This document shows positions 26,639 through 38,945 of a DNA stretch of 64,000 bases, piece by piece (position 1 is the stretch's first letter; each line of letters begins with the position of its first letter). The translations under genes and the position numbers were made by a program. The stretch comes from Mobula birostris. Taxonomy: Eukaryota. The notes below the pieces were generated by a model. It did no database searches. It was not told where the DNA came from and worked only from the letters and a program-made list of their open reading frames with translations. The stretch lies in assembly GCF_030028105.1 (NCBI RefSeq), contig NC_092372.1:156618058-156682057 (forward strand). The letters are read 5' to 3'.

Positions 26639-26828
26639 TAGGAGCAGAATTAGGCCATTCAGCCCATCAAGTCTGCTCTGCCATTCTATCATGGCTGACC
26701 CTGGATCCCACTCAATCCCATACACCTGCCTTCTCTCCATATCCTTTGCCCTGACCAATCAGGAAATGATCAACTTCCACCTTAAATATACCCACAAACT
26801 TGGCCTCCACTGCAGTTTGTGACGGAGC
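26639..26828 (-). mobile_element. Short CR1 3' insertion in the ERV RT
   Basis: CR1 tail; 11-bp TSD agtagttgaca at 26628-26638 and 26829-26839. Confidence 0.85.
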
Positions 26829-28085
26829 AGTAGTTGACACAGTCTCTTTGGTATCCCCTGGCATCTTAGTTTCTTCACCTTACCCTGAACAGCTGTCAGT
26901 GTGACTACACTGGCTATGTTGTGTTCTGTGTTGGTTTTACATTTTCGCTGCCCCTGGCTTGTCCATATTATTTCTCACTTTCCTGAATCTATAACGGCCT
27001 CTATTTCCCTTGGGAGGTCTAGTCCAAAAATGGTGCTCCCATTATTTGGACAGAGCCAGAAACACACTGGACCCCGTCGATTTCGAGTATCTGCAACTCA
27101 CTACTTTCTGCTTTCACTCTTTGTCCTCCTATGATTAACTTGTCCGGTTGTTGGCTCAGGCCTTCCTTCAACATTTTCAGGAAGACCGGATCATCCCTCC
27201 CAGGATTATCCAATCCTGAATACTCCTCATATGCTTGATATTTACGTTCTGCATAATCCATGGCTGTCTCATCAGCTCTTTGAATCACTGCCGTTATCAT
27301 TCCCCAGTTACTCTCACCTCTCACTAGTCACAGCCTCACTTCCCCTTTAAAAGAGCGATATCTTTCTTCATTGCTGGCACTCCTAGAAGTTACCCATGTA
27401 CCATCCCACGCCCCTGGGCCATCCTGTCCCACATATTCCTCAGGTACCTCGCCTTTACTAACACGTGAATATGTTTGGGGTGCATCTGGGGAAGTTCAAC
27501 CATTTCCTCAAGCTTGCGACAGAATTCCGAATTCCCTCATGCGACTTTAGGTGAGGGCAACTGGGACAGAATGCTCTGTTTCTCCCTAGGCATGAAGGGC
27601 TTATGAAGCTGTAATCAGAGGCAAGCACTGGCTCAATATCTGGGTTCTTGACCTAATGTTGCCTGACCTCAATAGGTACCATCCTAACAGAGATATCTAG
27701 GTAAAACCTCTCCCTGAAATATCTCCATACTAATTCCCACACTACGCAAAATATAAATGACTGGTACGAGTTAAGCAACATATACATAAAACTGTAGAGT
27801 ATATACTCCACACAGCCCCACTGGTGTCTCAAACCTTTAACAGTGCTTCGCAACTGATGGCTCTGTCTCACTAAATTAATGCACAAAGTTCGGTCTCTTA
27901 CATAAACACACATGCACGCACACACTCTACTTTTATATCTACTGGGTGGGCTGTCCGTGTTCGTTATGCCTTGTGTTTCCATGTACCACTGACCCCGAAC
28001 AGATCCAAGTGTCAGTGCTAACTTTAAAGTACTCACCCACTTGGACTGCTAAGATTGCTGGTCACACGATGGGTTACATGAAGCT

Positions 28086-28103
28086 ATCCCACTCCTGACA
28101 CCA
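28086..28103 (-). promoter_or_regulatory. Primer-binding site complementary to tRNA-Leu
   Basis: TGGTGTCAGGAGTGGGAT on the minus strand, 2 nt from the LTR end. It matches the 3' end of vertebrate tRNA-Leu(CAG) (...ATCCCACTCCTGACACCA). Confidence 0.9.
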
Positions 28104-28726
28104 AATGTTGCATGAATGATGTCACTGGAGAAAAGTATTGGAGAAAAATATGAAGGAGTCCCTTTATTCGACAAAACAAAATACAGCAGTCATGATAGGG
28201 AGACACTTTCAGTGGAAAGGTCTGCCTACGTTCAGCACCACACACTTTTTATGTGCTGAAGATCAAAGAATATTCAGGAGAATTCAAACAAATTCATATT
28301 TACAATCTTCCCACCATCACATCCAAAAAAAGTGTTAGTCATTGTCATATCCATGCAATGGAATACTGATTGGACTTGTGCATAATCAGTGAAGTGCCTG
28401 TTTTCTGGTTGGCCTCACCTGAGAACCTATTGTTCAGGGCTGCATTAAAATCAAATCTACAATCCATATTCAGATTTGAAGACTGGTGGACGAGGTTAAT
28501 CTGCTTAATGTGCTAAACCCAAAAATTACTCTAATATTAACCACAAACAAAAAAAAATCAAACACAAGAAACTCAAGTAAACACTGCAGAGCATTCTTAT
28601 AAAATAATGGAAAACTTCACCTATGATTCCTTGTGCAAAATGAGACAAAGACTGCTAAATGCAATGATAAGTTTTTGCATGGGTAATCCAATATAGGTAC
28701 TAAGCTGTGAAAATATATGCTGTCCA

Positions 28727-29831
28727 TGTCATAAGGAGCTGGCTGGGAACGGACCCAAGTGCAAAACACAGACACTGAAGTACTAGGGACAGGACTAGGA
28801 TACAGGGCGATGGCAAGGACATGGACAGGAAAACCAGAAACCTGGGACAGGACTGAACAAGAGAGCTAGGAGCCCGGGTTTGGACTCCGAGCCAGAGACT
28901 GGACAAGGACCCAGTACCTGGGTCTTGCCTCTGGCTTGGACCCCAGAATGAGGCAAGGACGAGGCTTGGCTGGCAGGCAGGACGATGCTGGAGTCTTCAG
29001 GCTTGAGGCTAGAGATTAGAGGCAAGGATTGGCAGGAGGCTGGGAGTCTTCAGGCTTGAAGCTAGAGGCTAGAGACTTGGCTTGGCTTGGCTAGAGGCTA
29101 GAGGCTGGAGTCTTCAGGCTTGAGGCTAGGCAAGAGACGAGGTGAGGCTTGGCAGGAGGCTGGAGACTTGAGGCGAGGCTGGAGGCTGGAGACTTGAGGC
29201 GAGGCTGGAGGCCAGAGGCAGGAGACTTGAGGCAAGGCTGGAGGCAGGAGACTTGAGGCTTGAGGCTAGGCAGGCTCCTCCGGGGCAGTGTGCGGTTCAT
29301 CTGGGCAGGGCGCGGTACTCCTGGGCAGGACGTGGATCACCTGGGCAGGGCGCGGTTCACCACTCGACGGAGGCATGGGACAGGAAGGGACAGAACCAAC
29401 CGCAGGTAACAGCAAGGCGGCCTGGCTTACCCGACAGAGGCAAGAGACAGGAAGGGAGCTAGGTACAGGGTGGCTCCAGGACAAGACTGCAGGCGAGACG
29501 AAGCGAGAGTTACCAGCAAGACAAGGCAAGGTTTCAGGCAAGGCAAAGCGAGACGAGAGCTTCAGAAGAGGCGAGAGATACCAGCAAAACAAGGCAGGGC
29601 TTCAGGTGAGGAAACAGAAGGCAGAGGAAGGCAAACAAGGAATAAGGACAAGAACAAACCAGCAGCCACGCCTGAGTCTCTGAAGGTATTTATGCAGCCA
29701 GCCCCAACGAGCACCAGCTGCATCAATTAGCTCAACAAGAACAGAAACAGGGTAAATAGGAAAACCTGGAGCAAGGGCCGATGGACCGGACTGTGAACTG
29801 GAATACGGACTTCACGGACCGGACTATGACA
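28727..29831 (-). mobile_element. Solo LTR, same family as 17681-19104
   Basis: TGTCAT...ATGACA termini; TSD gtcca/ctcca; shared acacagacactgaag and ggaccggactgtgaac blocks; gaggctggagactt-type tandem array. Confidence 0.85.
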
Positions 29832-29944
29832 CTCCATCCCAAAGCAGTGTTTTTGATCCATGTTAGAAGGGCTGTAGATGCCTGGTCTGAACATAATATA
29901 TCCATAAAAAACTTCCTATTGTTTCCTGTGGAAACCACAGTCGG

Positions 29945-30920
29945 TGTAGATTGGAAATAACATCTTCACCTCACTGACAAGCAACAGTAGCACATCACAA
30001 GGATGGCTCTTAGCCCACTGCCCTACTCGCTCTACTCATGACTTTGTGACTAGGCATATTTCAAATACCATCTATAAATCTGTCAAAAGCACAATTATTG
30101 TTAGAATTTCAGATTGTAACAAGGAGATGTACAGGAGTGAGATAGATCAGCTGGCTGAGTAGTGTCACAACAACAACCTTGTAGTCAATATTTGTTATAC
30201 CAAGGACTTCAGGAAGGGGAAGTCGAACATATACCAGTCCTCATCGAGGCATTAGTAGTGGAAAGGGTGAGCAGTTTCAAGTTCTTGGGTGTCAGCATCT
30301 CGAAGATCTGTCCTGGGCCCAACATATTGATGCAATTACAAAGAAGGCATGACAGTGGCTATATTTCATTAGGAGTTTGAGGGGACTTGGTGTGTCACCA
30401 AAACCTGTTACAGCTTTCTGCAGCTGTACTGTGGAGAGCATTCTAACTGGTTGCATCACCATCTGGTGTGGAGGGGCCACTGCACAGGACCGGAAAAAGC
30501 TGCAGAAATTTGTAAACTCAGCCAGCTCCATCATAGGCACTAGCCTCCACAGCATTGAGGACACCTTCAAAGGGTGATGCCTCAAAAAAGGTGACATTCA
30601 TCATTAAGGACCCCTATCACCCAGGACATGTCTTCTTCTCATTGATACCATCGAGGAGAAGGTACAGGATCCGGAAGACACACATTCAACATTTCAGGAG
30701 CAGCTTCTTCCCATCGGTCATCAAACACCCATGAACACTGCCTCAGTCTGTTTTTCCCTCTGTTTTTGCACTACTTATTTAATTTTCTTTCTTAATGCAG
30801 TATGTACCTCTTACTGTAATTTGTAGTTTATTATTATTGCTGCGTAATGCAATGGGGTGCTGCTGCACAACAGCTTACTCCACGACATATGCAGGTGATA
30901 GTAGACTAATTCTGATTCAA
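29945..30920 (+). mobile_element. Rex1/Babar LINE 3' part, degraded
   Basis: VERVSSFKFLGV and CTVESILTGCITIW motifs. Confidence 0.8.
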
Positions 30921-31280
30921 GATGAACTACGATTTACAGTTGTTGCATTAGGTTTACTGCCATTTTTTGGAACATAACCTTTGATTTATTTAAAATGGTA
31001 ATAATCTGGAAATAACCAATCTGGAAAATGAAGAGCACATCAGGTCTACATTCATTCAACACAACGTCCAGTTTGGACTTAGGGATGCATAATAAAATTG
31101 GATGTGCCTTCTAGATGCTGCTTGAAACATGACCTAAATGAAAATGATGCATCGTTCATGCAATTCTCAAGTATTTTCAAGAATTTCAAGCTATTAACAG
31201 TTGTTTTAAAAATTCATTGAGAGGTGTATCTGCCTTGTTGTTTACTGACATGGCAATGATATTTCAAATATAATTCATAG

Positions 31281-31312
31281 CTTGTGCAGTATTTTATGAT
31301 ATTCAGCTGCAG
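31281..31312 (+). CDS. Putative host-gene exon (xCAVFYDIQLQ)
   Basis: ttcatag acceptor and CAG|gtattt donor; ends in phase 0, matching the next exon. Confidence 0.4.
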
Positions 31313-31625
31313 GTATTTTTCATTGGTTATTTTATAATGATAATTTCAGAAATGCTTTTAAGATAGCACCCACAAGATTTTGCAGCTACTATTCAAAAAT
31401 TATTGAGCAATTTTCTTAACTTGTTTTTGTGTGATTATTTTGATCAATGTATAAGAATAAAATTAATTAAGTAGACAACAGGGACATCAGAGAGCACGAA
31501 ATATAGAGGATGGATCAGACAGTCCATCAATCACATTCATTGATAGACAAAGTACAAATATTATTTAAGCAACAGATATCATTTACTTAAAACCCAGGGA
31601 TTTCTTTTAATGTGAATATTCTAAG

Positions 31626-31721
31626 GGTTCCAAGTGTACAGTAAATAAAGAAGAAATACAGAATATTCATCCATTTCTGAAATATTTGAATGTTAAAAGT
31701 TCTTTAACACAAAAAGCTCTG
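31626..31721 (+). CDS. Putative host-gene exon (GSKCTVNKEEIQNIHPFLKYLNVKSSLTQKAL)
   Basis: Open 96-nt frame, strong donor CTG|gtgagt, weaker acceptor tattctaag; phase 0-0. Confidence 0.55.
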
Positions 31722-32016
31722 GTGAGTTGGTACAGCAGATCTTGTGAAAGATACACAATTCATCTGACACCCTCAGTATTCATCTCCTCAATTATTGGTA
31801 CAGTATTTGGTGGTCACATTATAATGAGACTGATTCCTGAAATGTTTCTATGCTGAAGTCGAGCAAATGTAGTTTGGAAATCTCAATTTACTTCACTCGT
31901 CGTGCTGATTATTTTGATAAGTGTACAGCATTTAAAAGATAAGTCAATTCAACAGAATATGGACATAACAGAACCTGGAACAATCAGCCCATCAATCATG
32001 TTTCTTTGCATTGTAG

Positions 32017-32062
32017 CAAGCATCTCTCAAAACTATGATCTCTACCACATGGGAGGATGAGG
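32017..32062 (+). CDS. Putative host-gene exon (QASLKTMISTTWEDE)
   Basis: Acceptor tttctttgcattgtag; only phase 0 is open; donor after 32062 or 32065, both phase 1. Confidence 0.55.
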
Positions 32063-32535
32063 GTGGTTGTGTCCAATTAAACTAATTATTCAACCTATTT
32101 AAATAAAATGTAGTTTTCCTCTTGTTGACCCAGGGTTGTGTAAAATGTAATGTTAAAAAAAAACACCTGAAAGAAAGATTAATAAATGATTTCTAGGTAA
32201 TTTAAGTTGTATCTTATTTTGTGCTATTAAATAATTGTGGAAATTTTAGCTAAGCTTCTGCTGCGTCATGTCTACCTTGGATCTTTTCAATATTTTCAGC
32301 AAAGTACTTTAGTTTAATCAAATTATTAGAACATGGTAACTCATTAAAAAGAAAATCTTTATTCACAAGGCATTTGTGTGTGACCTTAGGATTTGAAGTG
32401 ACAGTGATTTATAATGGCTGAAATTTAGATCATTGGTTTTCTTGCTTATCTCTGGTCAGGAGTGACATCAGCAATAACACTGAATTATTTTCATCTTATC
32501 GTTTCTTTACTTTTCAAAGTTTTGAATATGTTCAG

Positions 32536-32627
32536 ATAATAATAAAAACAGAACTAGATCCGGCTCTGGAGCAGAAATTGGGTTTTTAGCATTTAGCAAA
32601 GCAGCAAACTTGGACCATCTCAGCAGT
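32536..32627 (+). CDS. Putative host-gene exon (DNNKNRTRSGSGAEIGFLAFSKAANLDHLSS)
   Basis: Acceptor ttcag and donor AGT|gtaagg; phase 1 in and phase 0 out, compatible with both neighbours. Confidence 0.6.
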
Positions 32628-33145
32628 GTAAGGCCAAACCAATTACTTGGAGAGTAATTTTAATTACTCCTCCTGAGGGGGAAATAGGGAGTGTTAACTG
32701 TTTTAAGATATATGGTTTTACTTTTCATTAAAGTAACTCATTGCATAGTTTTTCAAATGGAGGGACTAAGGCCAATCAATGGGCAGAGGTGGAATGTGGG
32801 TGGATAGAGAGTCATAGGATGGAGTTTTCCAGAAGGTAATCTTGGATAGGGTGTGTTGTAATGTGAGCATTATTAAAAGTAAGTTTATACTAATTGGGAT
32901 AATGGGGGGGGGGTTCTACTTCCGGTGGCCTTTGTATATAGTGTTCCTGCCATGCCGTATGGGTTGTGAAAGCCTCTGTATATACCAATTGGTTTTGAAG
33001 TTTGAGATAAAGTTGTTTCTTTGGCATGAAGTTGTCGAGTGTGCCTTTTTCAAAGTAGAAGTTGCTACATATTTTTGGCGACAAGGTGAGCTGGTTTTGT
33101 GGATGTGTCGGCACGTTTTTCGAACAGGAGCTTCGCGTTTCAGAT

Positions 33146-33836
33146 GGCTATGTTTGGAACTATCGGGGAATTTCTGGAAGGAAACGAGGACTGGCTGGAG
33201 TATGAGGAAAGGTTGGGACACTTCTTCTGTGCTAATGGAATTGCTGAGGAGGCTAAGAAGCACTCTATTCTCCTGAGTGTGTGTGGGGCAAAGACTTACA
33301 AGCTAATAAGGAATTTAGCCACACCGCGGAAACCGGGGGACATTCCATATGACGAACTGGTCAAGCTCGTGGGGAACCACTACAATCTGAAACCTTCTGT
33401 GATAGTCCAACGGTGTAAGTTTCACAGTCGTTTCAGGAAGCCAGGTCAGTCTGTGGCAAACTTCGTGGCCGAGCTTCGGCAGCTGTCGGAGCATTGTGAT
33501 TTTGGAGCGGTGTTGGATGACATGCTCCATGATCGATTGGTATGCCGCATTAATAATGACGGCATACAACGCCGCCTGTTAGGGGAAACCCCACCATTGA
33601 CTTTCAAGAAAGCCTTAGAGATTGCCCAAGGCATGGAGATGGCTGCTATAATGTCAAGGATATCCAGAAAGGACTGGGGGTGGGGGGGTGGGGTTCGCAG
33701 TCGGCAGCAGTGCACCAAGTCAGGAGGGAGACTGGTAAATAGGCAAAGCGGGTGGAATGTTACCGGGGTGGAGGGACGCACCATGCGAATGATTGCAAAT
33801 TCAAAGATAGAAAAGTGCAGAAGTTCAAAGTGTTAA
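33146..33836 (+). pseudogene. gag: Gag of the outer Gypsy element (frameshifted)
   Basis: MAMFGTIGEF..DWLEYEERL..LLSVCG..LRQLSEHCDFG..DRLV, a Mag-type gag with a remnant zinc knuckle. Confidence 0.85.
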
Positions 33837-33859
33837 GATTAAGCCTGGGCAGGGGAAAG

Positions 33860-35930
33860 CTCAACAGGCTGGGCATTATCGAGCCTGTCCAGTTTTCAAG
33901 GTGGGCAGCTCCCATTGTTCCAACTTTGAAGGCAGACAAAACGGTGAGGATATGTGGGGATTATAAGCTTGTGGTGAATTAGGTCTCTAGGCTGGAGGAG
34001 TACCCATTGCCACAGGTGGATGACCTGTTTGCGACCTTGTCAGCGGGTAAGCTGTTCACAAAGCTGGACACGAGCCACACCTACCATCAGCTGCTGCTCG
34101 ACAAGGATTCAAAGGAGTATGTCACAATTAATACGCACAAGGGATTATTCAAGTACAGTCGCCTGGTGTTTGGAGTGGCGTCCAGCCCTGCCATTTTCCA
34201 AAGGACAATGGACACTTTGCTGCAGGTGATTCAGCACGTAGCAGTGTACCTTGATGATATTTTGATCACGGAGGCTACGGAGGTGGAGCATCTGGCTAAC
34301 TTAGAATGGGAGCTGAAGAGGCTCTCAGACGCAGGGCTGCGGTTAAAACGTGGAAAATGTGTGTCCCTGACATCGAGTATGACTTACCTGGAACAGAAGG
34401 TCACAGCTGAGGGGTTTTTTCCTATGGAGGACAAAGTGAGAGCTATTAAGGAGGTCCCAAGCCCTAAGTCCATCACGGAACTCAGATCATTTTTGGGCAT
34501 GGTGAATTATTATGGCAAGTTTCTTTCTGACCTCTCGAGGGTTTTGACCCCACTGTATAAGCTGCTTCACAATAATGCTAAGTGGCAGTGGGGTGACGAG
34601 CAGAAGAAAGCTTTCAAGGAAGTGAAAGAACTCCTCCACTCTGTGAAACTGCTTGTTCACTGTGACCCAGACAAGGAGATCACCCTTGCATCTAATGCCT
34701 CGCCCTATGGAGTCGGGGCAGTTCTCTCACATGTAATGGAGGACCGTTCAGAGAGGCCTATTGGTTTTGCTTCATGTACCTTGACAGCTGCTGAGAAGGG
34801 TTATTCACAGCTAGACAAAGAAGGTCTGGCCATTGTTTTGCAGTCAAACACTTTCATCAGTACCTTTATGGGCGCGTATTTACAATTTATACGGAGCATA
34901 AACCACTGGTGAGCCTGTTCAGTGAGACTAGATGCATCCCACCGCTAGCTTCAGCCAGGGTACAACATTGGGCTCTTACATTGTCAGCCTACCAGTACAC
35001 TATAGTGTACAGAGCGGGTGGGAATAATGCAAATGCTGATCTACTGAGTCGACTACCTTTACCTGAGACACCTGTTACTACATATGTGCCTCTAGAGACT
35101 GTGTTTTCATTGGAGAGGCTGTCAGAGACACCTGTAAAGGTGACCCAGATCAGGCAGTGGACAGAAAGGGACCCAGTTCTGTCCCAAGTCAAGACTTTTC
35201 TTTTACAAAGTTGGCCCAGAGTCGTGGAAGGAGAGGAACTGAGGCCTTATACCAAACGCAAGGCAGAACTGAGTCTGCAGGATGGCTGCATTTCCTGGAG
35301 GGTGAGGGTCATCGTGCCTCCCCCTGGCCGTTCACAGATTGTGGAGGAAATTCATGAGACTCACCCAGGAGTGTGTCGAATGAAAAGCCTTGCAAGATCC
35401 TACGTTTGGTGGCCAAGAATGAATCAGGATCTGGGGAACAATGTAAAATCATGCACACACTATCAGACTAATCAGAATATGCCACCACCTGCTCCTTTGC
35501 ATCCATGGGAGTGGCCAGACCACCCCTGGTCTAGGCTACATTTGGACTTTGCTGGCCCTTTTATGGGGCAGATGTTTCTTGTAATGGTAGATGCGCATCC
35601 TAAATGGATTGAAGCTCACATCATCAGCAACATCACAGTCCCCTCGACCATAGACAAACTCAGGCAAGTGTTTGCAGTCCACGGGTTGCCTGACACTCTG
35701 GTCACTGATAATGGCCCGACGTTCACCAGTGAGCTGTTCAGTGAGTTCATGCAGTAGAATGGCATTCACCATATTTGGACGGTCCCTTTCCACCCAGCCT
35801 CCAATGGTTTGGCTGAGCGGACAGTTCAGACAGTGAAGGAAGGCCTGAAGCGGCTGACAGGGGATTCTCTTAGCATTCGGCTTTTACGTTTCCTGTTTAA
35901 ATACCGCCTCACGCCACAGAATACGACTGA
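33860..35930 (+). pseudogene. pol: Pol (RT-RNase H-integrase) of the outer Gypsy element
   Basis: WAAPIVP, RICGDYK, FGVASSPAIFQ, YLDD, RPIGFAS, HETHPG, RLHLDFAGP and VTDNGPTFTS, with stops and frameshifts. Confidence 0.9.
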
Positions 35931-36235
35931 CCGCCTGAAGCACCTTCAATAACTCCAAAAGACTGAAGTTGGGTAAAATACTGAAAGGCTTTTATTCGCT
36001 GTACAATACGACCTCCATGCTGAGTGTCTGCCCCTGGACTGAGGGGGAGGGGCAAGGCAAAATCACCTTTATTCAGAAATCTGTGGGAGGAGCCACAGGG
36101 ACAGTCAGCAGAGGGGCGTGTCCAGACAGTTAACCCAGTTACAACATATATATGGTTTACCACATTCACCCCTCCTTTTTTTAAAAAGAGTCCCGCGGGG
36201 TGAAGTGACTGACAATATTTAAAACAAGTATATTT

Positions 36236-38945
36236 ACAGGTTAAGTCTATTAGACGGTCGAGTCCGTCACTGTGATCTACGTAGTACCGGCGGTGATTGC
36301 ACCGGCGATGGCGGTTGTGCTGGCTCCGGCCCGACTTGAGGTGCCAGCACGTTAGGCGTTGGTAATCCCTCGTGCGTGTGCGTCACGCCCGGTATGGGAG
36401 TGTCGTGTGGTGTCTGTGTAGGGCTTGGAGTGCGCCGTGTCTAGTGGGTATATATATCGGTGGATACGGGGTTAATAGTCACCACGGAGTGTTCAGGGTA
36501 GGGGCCTGGTGCTCCTGCGGGCAGCAGGTCGTGGATGGAGACCGTGTCCTCCCGCCCATCAGGTAAAACCTCATGGGCACGCTGGGGGTTCGCATGAAGT
36601 AAGTGAACCCTCTCGACCATCGGGGAGTATTTATTGTTCCTCGCATGTTTCCGGAGCAGCACTGGCCCCAGGGACGTCAACCAAGTTGGTAGGGTTGTCC
36701 CAGTGGTCGACTTTCTGGGAAAAGAAAAGAGCCGCTCATGAGGGGTGGCATTGGTGGACGCGCATAACGGGGAGGGGATGGAGTGGAGTGCCTCGGGAAG
36801 GACCTCCTGCCAGCGGGAGACTGGCAGTCCCTTTGACCTGAGGGCTAAGAGTGTGGCTTTCCACACCGTGGCATTCTCCTTCTCCACCTGTCCATTCCCC
36901 CGGGGATTATATCTTGTGGTCCTACTAGTTGCAATTCCCCTAGCCAGTGCACATTGGCGCAGCTCGTCACTCATAAACGAGGACCCTCTGTCACTGTGGA
37001 TATAACATGGGTATCCAAACAGAGTGAAGAGCTTGCGCAGGGCTTTTATAACTGACGTGGTAGTGGTGTCTGGGCAGGGGATGGCGAAGGGGAACCACGA
37101 GTACTCGTCGATAGCGTTAAGAAAGTACACATTGCGGTCGGTGGAGGGAAGGGGGCCCTTAAAGTCAACACTCAGTCGCTCAAAGGGGCGGGTGGCCTTG
37201 ATTAGTTGTGCATTTTTGGGTCGGTAGAAGCGCAGTTTGCACTCTGCGCAGACTTGGCCGTCCCTGGTCATCGTCCCGATCTCCTCAAGGGAGTAAGGCA
37301 GGTTCCGGGCTTTCACGAAGTGGAAAAGCCGGGTGACCCCCGGGTGGCAAAGGACTACATGTAGGACCTATAGCCGGTCGATCTGCGCGCTGGCGCATGT
37401 TCCCTGGGATAAGGCATCGGAGGGCTCGTTGAGCTTCCCAGGCCTGCACATGATGTCATAATTGTAGGTGGATAGTTCGATTCTCCACCTCAGAATTTTA
37501 TCATTTTTGATTTTGCCCCGCTGTTGGTTATTAAACATCAATGCAACTGAGCACTGGTCAGTTAGCAGGGTGAAACTTTTGCCGGCGAGGTAGTGCCTCC
37601 AGTGCCTAATAGCTTCCACTATGGCCTGGGCCTCTTTCTTCATCGCGGAGTGCCGCCTTGAAGTGTACGGGAGAAGAACGCCACTGGTCTTCCCACCTGG
37701 TTGAGGGTAGCAGCCAGCGCAAAGTCGGAGGCGTCACTCTCTACTTGGAAGGGAATGGCCTCATCCACCGCATGCATTGCTGCTTTGGCAATGTCCCCTT
37801 TTATGTGGCTGAAGGCCGCGCAGGCCTCAGCTGAGAGGGGGAATGTGGTGGACTTGACTGGGGGTGGGCCTTGTCTGCGTAGTTAGAGATCCATTGGGCG
37901 TAATATGAAAAGAAGCCCGGGCGCCTTTTGAGGGCTCTGAGGATGTTGGGAAGAGGGAGTCCAACAGGGGGCACATACGGTCAGGGTCAGGGCCAATGAC
38001 TCCATTCTCCACGACACACCCAAGGATAGCAAGTCGGGTGGTCCTGAATACACACTTGTCCTTGTTATAGGTGAGATTGAAAGCTTTGGCTGCTTGGAGA
38101 AAATTCTGGAGGTTGCTGTCATGATCCTGCTGGTCGTGACCGCAGATGGTGATGTTATCCAGATATGGGAACGTGGCCTTCAGTTGGCACTGGTCCACCA
38201 TCCGGTCCATTGCCCTCTGGTAGACAGATACACCATTCGTGACACCGAAGGGGATGCGCAGGAAGTGATAAAGCCTGCCGTCCGCCTCGAAGGCAGTGTA
38301 AGGGTGGTCCTCCCGGCGGATGGGAAGCTGATGGTAAGCGTATTTTAGGTCTATGGTCGAGTACACCTTGTACTGTGCTATCTGATTGACCATATCCGCG
38401 ATGCGGGGTAGAGGGTACGTGTTGAGCTGCGTGAACCTATTGATGGTCTGGCTATAGTCCACGACCATCTTATTCTTCTCCCCGTTCCGAACAATGACCA
38501 CCTGTGCCCTCCAAGGACTTGTGCTTGCTTCAATGACCCCCCCCCCTGAGCAGCCGCTGCACCTCCGACTTAATGAAGGCTCTGTCCCCCGTGCTGTACC
38601 TCCTGCTTTTAGTTGCCACAGGTTTACAGTCGGGGGTCAGGTTGGTGAACAGTGGTGGGGGAGGGATCTTGAGGGTGGAGAGGCCGCAAGTGGCATCAGT
38701 AGTACGGCAGTTGGCATGATGTTGGGTGGGATGTGCGGGTCGGTGTGTGTGTGTGGTCAGTAGCTGGGTATGTGACGTATCCCTACAAAACTGGGGATTA
38801 ACGACAGTAATTGGTGGGAGGGGCCCATCATACTTCATTGTCACGCTTTTCAGGTGGCTCTGGAAGTCGAGCCCCAATATCACAGGGGCACACAGTTGAG
38901 GCATGACCAGTAACGTAAAGTCTCGATATTCTGTGCCCTGCACCA
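36236..38945 (-). pseudogene. pol: Pol of the inner element (RT, RNase H, integrase; several frameshifts)
   Basis: MVVDYSQTIN, STIDLKYAYHQ, IPFGVTNG, YLDN, EAQAIVEAIRHWRHYL, SVDFKGPLP, IHSDRG and GNGQVEK; ends ..RPSNRLNL*. Confidence 0.9.

Larger units (their letters stand above)
21490..28626 (-). mobile_element. Decayed loki/spuma-like endogenous retrovirus (gag-pro-RT-tether-RNase H-IN, env largely absent)
   Basis: 5' LTR 28106-about 28626 with a partial 3' LTR copy at about 21500-21590. Leu PBS and PPT gggagagagg. RT motifs TNLPIWPVKKPDESYQLTIDY, FSVLDIAFGFW and QYKDVLLI. Tether RPVAYYS..GLPRCV; RNase H IIKVRAH..NEWADITAKKAA; IN EILPKWGIP..HFTG and VERINQTIK. Confidence 0.8.

Noticed and set aside
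28086-28103. tRNA-Leu gene
   Set aside because: Only the 18-nt 3' end including CCA is present, adjacent to an LTR, so it is a PBS.
29030-29730. Overlapping ORFs in a gaggctgg-type array
   Set aside because: Minisatellite within the second solo LTR.
31473-31614. Open frame RQQGHQRARNIEDGSDSPSITF...
   Set aside because: No usable acceptor or donor; it falls in the inferred intron.
35909-36169. Duplicated ORF (also 40028-40375) suggesting a repeated small gene
   Set aside because: It is simply the translation of the two near-identical LTRs.
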